Assembly (NCBI RefSeq): GCF_009914755.1
Contig: NC_060938.1
Direction: 5' to 3' (one strand)
Length of the DNA stretch: 64,000 nt
Origin: the human T2T-CHM13v2.0 reference genome, Homo sapiens
Shown: positions 56,039 through 64,000 of the stretch, in pieces
Layout of the letters: every line of letters begins with the position of its first letter
Numbering within the stretch: position 1 is the stretch's first letter
Notes under the pieces: model-generated
What the model saw: only the letters and a program-made list of their open reading frames with translations
Told to the model about the DNA's origin: nothing
Database searches by the model: none
Translations under genes and position numbers: made by a program

Positions 56039-56471
56039 TTTTATTTTTATTTTTCATTATTTTACATGTTGTACATGATAAATACATATATTATGTGTAG
56101 TAACAATTTATAAAAAAATCAAGTATCCCAAAATATATCAGTCCATTTCTGAAATCTCTTTTCATTTTCTTTGGTATAGTTTTCAACCTACACTATGTTA
56201 AATAGTTTATTTGTGTGATAATTATCATCTGATTGGGTAGTCTTCCACATTTCTCCCTTTTTTTTCTAAGAATATCTTGGCTACATTTTGTTCATAACAT
56301 TTAAAGGTGAAGTTGAGATCTGTGTGTAAAAGTACACACACACGCAATGCATAAACTAGCAAAAGCAAAACCGAATTTTTTGTAGAATTTTGACCTTACA
56401 TTGAAATGTAATTAGCCCAATCAATTTGTGAAAAAATAATTCATTGTGACATTGGATTTTCTAATTTATTA

Positions 56472-56948
<477 letters not shown>

Positions 56949-57099
56949 TTAATTAATATTTTCTTTTCGACCATTAATTCAACAAACTTATTAAATCTGG
57001 TAGGGCTTATGTAGATTCCCATGGCTTTTTTGTTAATGTATAACAGCATACCTTATTTAAATAAGGACACTCTTAAATGAAATACATTTATCTATTTTT

Positions 57100-57421
57100 T
57101 ACTGAAAGGGATATGTTCTGAGAAATGTGTCCTTAGGCAATTTCATTGTTGTGTGAACAGCACAGACTGAATGTACACACACCTAGGTGGTGTAGCCTCC
57201 TACGCATTTAGGCTATATGGTATAGCCTATTTCTCCTAGACTGTAAACTTGTACAGTATTTAATGTAGGCAATTTTAACATGATGGTTAGTATTCACATA
57301 TCTAAACATATCTAAATACAGAAAAGTTACAGTAAAATTACAGTATTACAATCTAATGGAACCACCATCATAAATATGTGATCCATCCTTGACTAAAACC
57401 TTGCTATTCAGTGCATGACTG
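57100..57421. mobile_element. Tigger3a (MER7/Golem) DNA transposon
   Basis: gggatatgttctgagaaatgtgtccttaggcaatttc...taggctatatggtatagcctatt...tgcatgactg. Confidence 0.85.
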
Positions 57422-57825
57422 CAGATATAATTTTGGCTTAGATTCTTTAGACTGATTTGTGAACAATAGGACAAAACTGTCTTCCAATGCATGGAAGCTG
57501 TTTTTTTGTTTGTTTGTTTTAGTGGGTTACATTATATTTTTTTCTTTTATGTATCATAAGAGCAATTTCCTAAAATAAAATAAAAGTTATAATCTATTAC
57601 TATATCCAAACTAAAATAATTATATATAATTTTTTGTCCTTTTTGCTGAAATGGTAATGGGAAGTTTGCTGAAATGGATAGTGGTAAAATTATAATCATA
57701 AAATGATAATAGTATTAATATCCAATGAGTGATAAATATTTGTGAACATTTATTTTAATCTCAATAGAAATCCTATTTACATACCATAATTGATATTTTG
57801 AGTTAAGAAATTTGAAACATACATA

Positions 57826-58276
57826 CTGTGTATCACTTAGACCCACTAGTATAATGAACAGAAGCCAAATTATAATGACTTATCAAAATAGCAATTAATT
57901 AATTGCTTACATAAAAGTTCTAAATAATTCTTTATCTTGGAGGGTCAATTCTTATACCATATTTAGCACCCAGATGCCTTCCACCTTGTGTTTGTGTCAT
58001 ATCCTAGGGCCTTATTTTTGTAGAAAACCTGTTGGCAGAATTAAGAGAGTGGAAGGGATATTGCTCTTTTAAAGATTGGAAGGGATATTGCTCTTTTAAA
58101 AGCCTTGGAACAATGAATGGCAACACCCTTCCATTTCACAGTTCTGTGGTAATAACTACCTGCATGGCTATATATAATGACTGTAATGAAAAAAGTCTAG
58201 CTTAGCTGTGTCTATTAACATACACATATTAGAAGAGAAGAGAATGGACTGTAAAGAGTAGCTAACAGTCTGTCAC
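57826..58276 (-). mobile_element. Old MaLR LTR (MLT1K/L-like)
   Basis: Degenerate match, including ccttccaccttgtg...atcctaggg and gtagctaacagtctgtcac. Confidence 0.45.
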
Positions 58277-59134
58277 GTAAAGACTGTGTAACTTGCCCAA
58301 TAGCACATAGCTAGAATGTGCCTAATAGTACACAGAAATTCAATGATACCTGATCCTTTGTATATTATACCTAGCTACACAAATGGATAGAAAAACTATC
58401 CAAGAAATCACATATGAGTAGTATTTATCACATTTTTTATAATATAAAAAATTATGTTATTTTATACTCCAGTTATCTGGAATTTGGAGTTCTGACATTT
58501 GGACTGAAGCTTATCTTTTCTTGGTTACTCCCTAATCAAGCACAACCTAACTATTTGGAACAAACAAGATTGTAAGAGACTATTTACTGAATATTATGGA
58601 ACAAAAGCTGAAAGCCTCTTGGAGGACATCCAAAGACTTAATTTCGCATAATTAATTGATGTTATAATTAAAAATTACTCGTGTTTATTTATTAAATTAA
58701 GTTTTCTAAGGATTTCATGTAAACTATTATTAGATGAATATTTACTAGGTTGTTTAAATAAACAAATTTTAATTTATTTAGCCTATTCATTCATTTAAAT
58801 GTTTAATTAATTTAACATGCTTAATGACTTAAAACATAAGCTAAACTTTAACTGTTTCTGAGTGAATTACTCTTGTTTGAAGTCCTATTTACCTGGCCCA
58901 CTCCTTTTATTCTGAATCTATTATCCTGTTTATTAAATGTTTACATTAAAATATTTATGTCTATAAAGATTCATTCTTTGTTTATGTCTACATCTCTTTT
59001 TTGTTATAATACTCTTCTGCATTATTTTCACTTATGCTGTTTTCAACTGCACAGATTATGTAGATATCAGATGTCAAATATTTTTAACTTACAAGTTCAA
59101 GTTTTGTATTTGAACCTATAAGTTAAAAGTATTC

Positions 59135-59491
59135 GTTTTTCTTTTCTTTTCTTTCTTTCTTTCTTTCTTTCTTTCTTTTTTTTTTTTTTTTTTTGTTGTT
59201 GTTGTTGTTTAGGCAGGGTCTCACTCTTATTGCCAGATGAAGTACAGTAGCATGATTTCAGCTTACTGCAGCCTCAACCTCCCTGGGCTCAGGTAATCCT
59301 TCCCCTTCAGCCTCCCAAGTAGCGGGGACTACAGGCACATGCTGCCACACCTGGCTAATGTTTTGAATTTTTAGTAGAGATGGTTTTTGCCATGTTTCCC
59401 AGGCTGGTCTCCAACTCCTGGACTCATGCAATTCGCCCGCCTTGGCCTCCCAAAGTGCTGGGATTGCAGGCGTGAGCTACTGCACCTGGCT
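59135..59491 (-). mobile_element. AluJ with compound (CTTT)n(T)n(GTT)n tail
   Basis: ctgcagcctcaacctccctgggctcagg and actcctggactca, J-type diagnostics. Confidence 0.9.
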
Positions 59492-60979
59492 GCACTTAAA
59501 CATATTTTCTCATGGAGGCACTTCAAACCAGAGGCTTTCCTGTCAACAAAATTTAATTAAATATGTATTTCTATGATTTTGAAGTTATTCATGCTCTTAT
59601 AAAAATGAAAAACATTTAATCCATTATTGAATACATCCATGGCTTTTTAATTAACCATTTTAAAGATATTTGAATAAAACAAAAAATAATGTGCCAACTG
59701 AAAATTTATGGACATTAAAGATGATTTTATTTCTACTCCAGATATATTCATTGTTTCATAAGATAATTAGCTGTATTTTAATACTCATATTTATGTTTAA
59801 TTCAAAATAACTGTTGTATATGAAGAAAGAGGAATGATGGCTGATAAAAATATAAGAAAAATGGCTTATAATCAGTGACCCCTCATATGTGTTATAAAGT
59901 TACTTTTATATTAAAACCACAAACTCTTGATTCTGACAGAATTATATTAAATATGCTGACATTTGCACGTCCCCTCCAAAGCCAAAATTTTAGTAAAGCT
60001 TTATCTTTATAAAATATATAAACTTCCTCCTCTATCATTTCTAGTCTATGTACTCATGTTTTGATAAGGAAAATAAAATATTCCCAGTATTCTTATTTTA
60101 TGTCAGCTCAGTGTGTAGCATTACTTTCCAGCTGTTTACATAATGTTCATATCATTTGACATTTCTTTCAAAGGCATTGGTCTGGAATCATGTGGTGCCT
60201 AGTAGCCACCTAACTTCTCTATCTGAAATTCATACCTTGCTTGAGTTCTCTTCCCAGTGCTGTCTCAGAGCTGCATCTGTACTTTGATGCTTCCCTCCAG
60301 TATCACCCTCACTAGGGGCCAAGGAGTCAACAGGGTCAAGAGGACATGCCTGCTTTAAGCTAGATCACAGGGACCACTTTCTGACCTTCATAGTCCTGAG
60401 CTCAGTACGAGTACCTGCTCAGTTTTCTCCGCAGGTCTGTTTTCCCACAGCCTATAATTGTTGCTGGTATAGACACACCTAAGTTCGAACAGCGGCTAAG
60501 GAGCAGCTGTCCCTGAAGCTTGGATAGACGTTACCCATGTGAATGTCCACATGTATGAGTGAGGCACCTGTTGTGCAGGCGAACTTTCTCTTTTCTCTAC
60601 GTGTTTGACATACTAGAGCTCTCTTACTACAAGTATTCCTCTTTAACTTGTATAATTGTTATCTGCATAATGATTATAAACCATTATTGTTAACATGAGT
60701 TGATGGAGGACATAGGCTATATCTGACCTTTGTACACTCCCCCACATATATCCTTTTGCTCCCCACATTCCTCTCCCTGTGGTGCATAGACACTATGAAT
60801 ATCATACTCTAATAGTTACAGGAGATTTAAGAGAATAATTTTGAGGAGAAGAATGTTTAAATTATTTAGATGTTATTTACTTTCCAAAGTATATCACATT
60901 TCCTGTCATTTTTATCATATGCTTATCTTTCAGAAAATGAGGATTTATTGTAGGTTTGATTCAGTAGGAACTCAAATGA

Positions 60980-61011
60980 ACAGGCAAGACTCAGTCTCAA
61001 AAAAAAAAAAA
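60980..61011 (+). mobile_element. Alu 3' stub (last ~20 nt plus poly-A)
   Basis: acaggcaagactcagtctc(A)13 resembles the Alu end acagagcgagactccgtctc(A)n. Confidence 0.7.
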
Positions 61012-61345
61012 TTGAAAGGCTGATGGCAGTGTGGGTCAGGTAGGGGATGTTGGTTGCCACTACTGGGGATGGCGAACCTGTTTCTTCTGACAAAAAAAAA
61101 TAGGTTAATCAGAGTTTATTAGCTCAGTGTCTCCAGCTTCATGAGGGTCCTTACCACGTCCTTATTCCAATTTAGGGTCTCATTCTTTTCCAATTAATGT
61201 CCTCACTTTAACAGTAGACATCTAGTGAGGCTGTGCATGCATCTTTCATTACAGGACAGCCACTTGCATGGTAAGAGCTTGTGTCTATTTTTCTACAATT
61301 TCAGCTCTTTTTCGACAAGAGGTCAGATTCTCACTCAGGGCAATC

Positions 61346-61654
61346 TTAGGAGATTTGAGGCTCAGTATCTTTCTGAAGCTGGGAGTTAGAAGCCCTGAGT
61401 TCGTCATTTTCTTTTATTACTTTGTCCAGTGAACTTAGGAGCAACCAACCAAGTTCATTACATTTCTTGGTTCTCCACATATAGTCAAAGGTATTATGTT
61501 TAGAGTCACTAAACTTCTTGACTCTCACAAGTGGTGAATTAGCAATGTCATATGCATTTATTTTGCATAACTCTCTAAGCAGTTTATGACAAGCACTGTC
61601 AGCATTCTCCATACTATTAAAAGTAGAGTCCTTATCATTTTTCGGTCTAATCAT
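61346..61654 (-). pseudogene. HERV-L Gag N-terminal remnant, 102-codon ATG-initiated ORF
   Basis: MIRPKNDKDSTFNSMEN...RELCKINA...GWLLLSSLDKVIKENDELR; frameshift near 61370, after which Gag-like ILSLKSPKIALSENL continues in another frame. Confidence 0.85.
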
Positions 61655-61723
61655 ATTAAGCAGCCAACTCCAGACAACTTAAAACAAATGAAAAAACTTC
61701 ATCCTTAATATTATGTTCATCTA

Positions 61724-61741
61724 GAATCACTCCTATTACCA
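61724..61741 (-). other. Degenerate tRNA-Leu-type primer-binding site
   Basis: The minus strand after the LTR end (ctaataca) reads gattt-tggtaataggagtgattc. Confidence 0.7.
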
Positions 61742-61746
61742 AAATC

Positions 61747-62189
61747 TGTATTAGCCATGGTTCTCCAGAGGGACAGAACTAGTATATATACATATATGTG
61801 TATATATATATGTACATGGGAGTTTATTAAGTAGTATTAACTCACAGGATCACAATGTCCCACCATAGGCGGTCTGCAAGCTGAAGAGCAAGGAAGCTAG
61901 TCCAAGTCACATAGCTGAAGAACTTGGAGTCCGATGTTTGGGGGCAGGAAGCGTCCAGCATAGGAGAAAGACACAGGCTGGGAGGTTAAGCCAGTCTAGC
62001 CTTTTCATGATTTTCTACCTGCTTTATATTCTAGCTGAGATGGCTGCTGATGAGATGGTGCCCACTCAGATTAAGGGTGGGTCTGCCTTTCGCAGCCCAC
62101 TCACTCAAATCTTAATCTCCTTTGGCAACACCCTCACAGACACACCAGAATCAATAATTTGCATTGTTCAATTCAATCAACTTGACACA
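61747..62189 (-). mobile_element. MLT2A1 5' LTR of HERV-L (outer ~18 bp missing)
   Basis: tgtattagccatggttctccagagggacagaacta...ggcaacaccctcacagacac...caatcaacttgacac; lacks the central block present in the 43.6-kb copy. Confidence 0.88.
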
Positions 62190-62475
62190 CATTTGTGTGT
62201 GTGTTTGTGGGTTCTTTATTCTACATATCACAAACTCCCATTTCCAAGGAAGATATTTGTTACCTACTTTTTTGTGAAACTGGATTCAAGTGCATAGGTC
62301 ATCTCAGTAGAGTCGTCTATGGATAAGACAGAAACATATATTGTTTCCCAGTTATAATTCTCAGTCTCAGAAGTGATACAATTAATAGTCTTTATTAACG
62401 TTTTTTAGAACAATTTTAGTCATATAAAATTTATAAACACCATGCAAACTGTATCATTCATTGATTAGATACATA

Positions 62476-62551
62476 TTAGGTTGGTGTAAAAGTGATTTTG
62501 GTTTTTGCCATTACTTTTAATAGCAAAAACCACAATTTTGCATCAACCTAA
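62476..62551. mobile_element. MADE1 (Hsmar1-derived MITE)
   Basis: ta|ttaggttggtgtaaaagtgattttggtttttgccattacttttaatagcaaaaaccacaattttgcatcaacctaa|ta. Confidence 0.92.
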
Positions 62552-62959
62552 TAGAGAATTGTGCAGCTATAATCTCTATCTAATTTTAGAACATATTTAT
62601 CCTCCTCTAGAAAACAAATTTCCTGCCCATTGATGCCTTATCCTCCCTCCTTTATCAAGCAACCACTATCTACATATGTCTTTATTGCCTAGCCCATTCT
62701 GAACATATTACATTGTTGGAATTATATAAAACTGGTCTCTTGTCTGCCTTCTCCTAAGCAGAATAATGTTTTTGAGGTTCATTATATTGTAGCATGTAAT
62801 GGTATTTACTCTTTTTTATTGCTACAGTTTATTCTATTGTAAAGTTACTTTATCCATTTATTAGTTAATGAATATCTGCATGGTTTCTACTGTTAGATTA
62901 TTATGAATATTGCTGTCCTGACATTTATGGACAAGTGTTTGTGTAGACATATGGTTTCA

Positions 62960-62986
62960 TTTTTCTTTTTTTTCTGTTTTGTTTTG

Positions 62987-63017
<31 letters not shown>

Positions 63018-63299
63018 GAGATGGAGTCCTGCTCTGTCGCCCAGGCTGGAATGCAATGGCACAATCCTGTCTCACTGCAACCTCCACCTCCTAGGTTCAA
63101 GCATTTTTCCTGCCTCAGCCTCCTGAGTAGCTGAGATTGCAGGCATGTGCCACTACGCCCAGCGAATTTTTGTATTTTCAGTAGAGGCGGGGTTTCACCA
63201 TGTTGGCCAGGCTGGTCTCAAACTCCTGACCTCAGGTGAGCCACCTGCCTCTGCCTCCCAAAATGTTGAGATTATAGGCATGAGCCCCTGCGTCTGGCC
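62960..63299 (-). mobile_element. AluSx/Sz with (GTTTT)n tail
   Basis: Dimeric antisense Alu; degenerate TSD atg.ttt.atttttcttt. Confidence 0.92.
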
Positions 63300-64000
63300 A
63301 TGTTTTTATTTTTCTTTGGTAAATACCAGGAGTGTGTTGCTTGGTCATATGGGAACTCTGTACGTAACTGATTTTCAAAGTGCCTGTGCAATTTTACATT
63401 TCCAAGAGCAATGCATAAGTATTCCTCTTTTCTTATGTCTTTGTCAATACTTATTGTTTGTCTTTTTGATAATAGCAGTTTTAGTGACTGTGAAGTAGTA
63501 TTTCACCATATTTTTATTTATTGCTCTGACTGATTATGGTGACTACCTTTTTGATGTGATTATTGACCTTCTTTGAATACATGTCTACTCATATTCTATA
63601 CCCTTTTCCTTAATTGCATTATCATTTTTCTTTAGTTATGAGTTCTTTAAATATTCTGCGTGTGTGCAAGCTTTCTATCAGATCTATAGTTTTAAAGATT
63701 TTCTACAATTGTTTGGTGTTGTCTTTTTAACTGATAGTTTACTTTGCGATAAAAACATTTTAAATTTTGATTAGTACACTATTTATTTTGTCTTTTATCA
63801 CTTATGTCTTTGCTTTGATGTCTATGCAATCATTTTCTAAACCAGGGTCACAAAGATTTACTCTTATACTATCTTCTACGAGTTTAATAGTTTTAACTGT
63901 TTTATTTAGGTCCATAGATTCTTTTAGAGTCTTTATGTTTAATATGGTGTGAGGTTGGGGTCAAAATTTGTCAATTTGAATGTGGATATTTATTTAGCTC

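Larger units (their letters stand above)
61012..61746 (-). mobile_element. HERV-L internal 5' region (primer-binding site and gag start), truncated
   Basis: Directly adjoins the MLT2A LTR; gag-like ORF; ggctgtgcatgca and cttttccaattaatgtcctcactttaacagtagac typical of HERVL-int. Confidence 0.9.
62395..64000 (-). mobile_element. L1MB-like antisense fragment carrying MADE1 and Alu inserts
   Basis: ctaattttagaacatatttatc; aatgtttttgaggttcattatattgtagcatg; ccagggtcacaaagatttactc; ggtgtgaggttggggtc. Confidence 0.75.

Noticed and set aside
60342-60351. p53 half-site GGACATGCCT
   Set aside because: No adjacent second decamer.

Overview
Very AT-rich, CpG-poor primate genomic DNA, probably human or another ape: it carries AluY/S/J, L1PA, THE1/MST/MLT, HERV-L and HSMAR2. 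It reads as intergenic or deep-intronic. I cannot support any host protein-coding exon, RNA gene or CpG island. Nearly all ORFs in the track are Alu, L1 or low-complexity artefacts. The window is a stack of interspersed repeats: about 11 Alu-family elements, several L1s (including a ~4.5 kb internally deleted L1MA-type copy), MaLR and ERVL LTRs, and many DNA-transposon fossils. Main structures: (1) a near full-length HSMAR2 mariner split by an ERV1-class solo LTR with a 4-bp target-site duplication (TSD); (2) a truncated HERV-L provirus (MLT2A1 LTR, primer-binding site, 102-codon Gag N-terminal ORF) ending at an Alu stub; (3) rearrangements at the same 3'UTR motif in three L1MA copies; (4) a non-repetitive E-box-rich enhancer candidate near 20.3-20.8 kb. 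I found no convincing new biological system. Repeat family and subfamily names come from my recall of consensus sequences and need RepeatMasker/Dfam confirmation.
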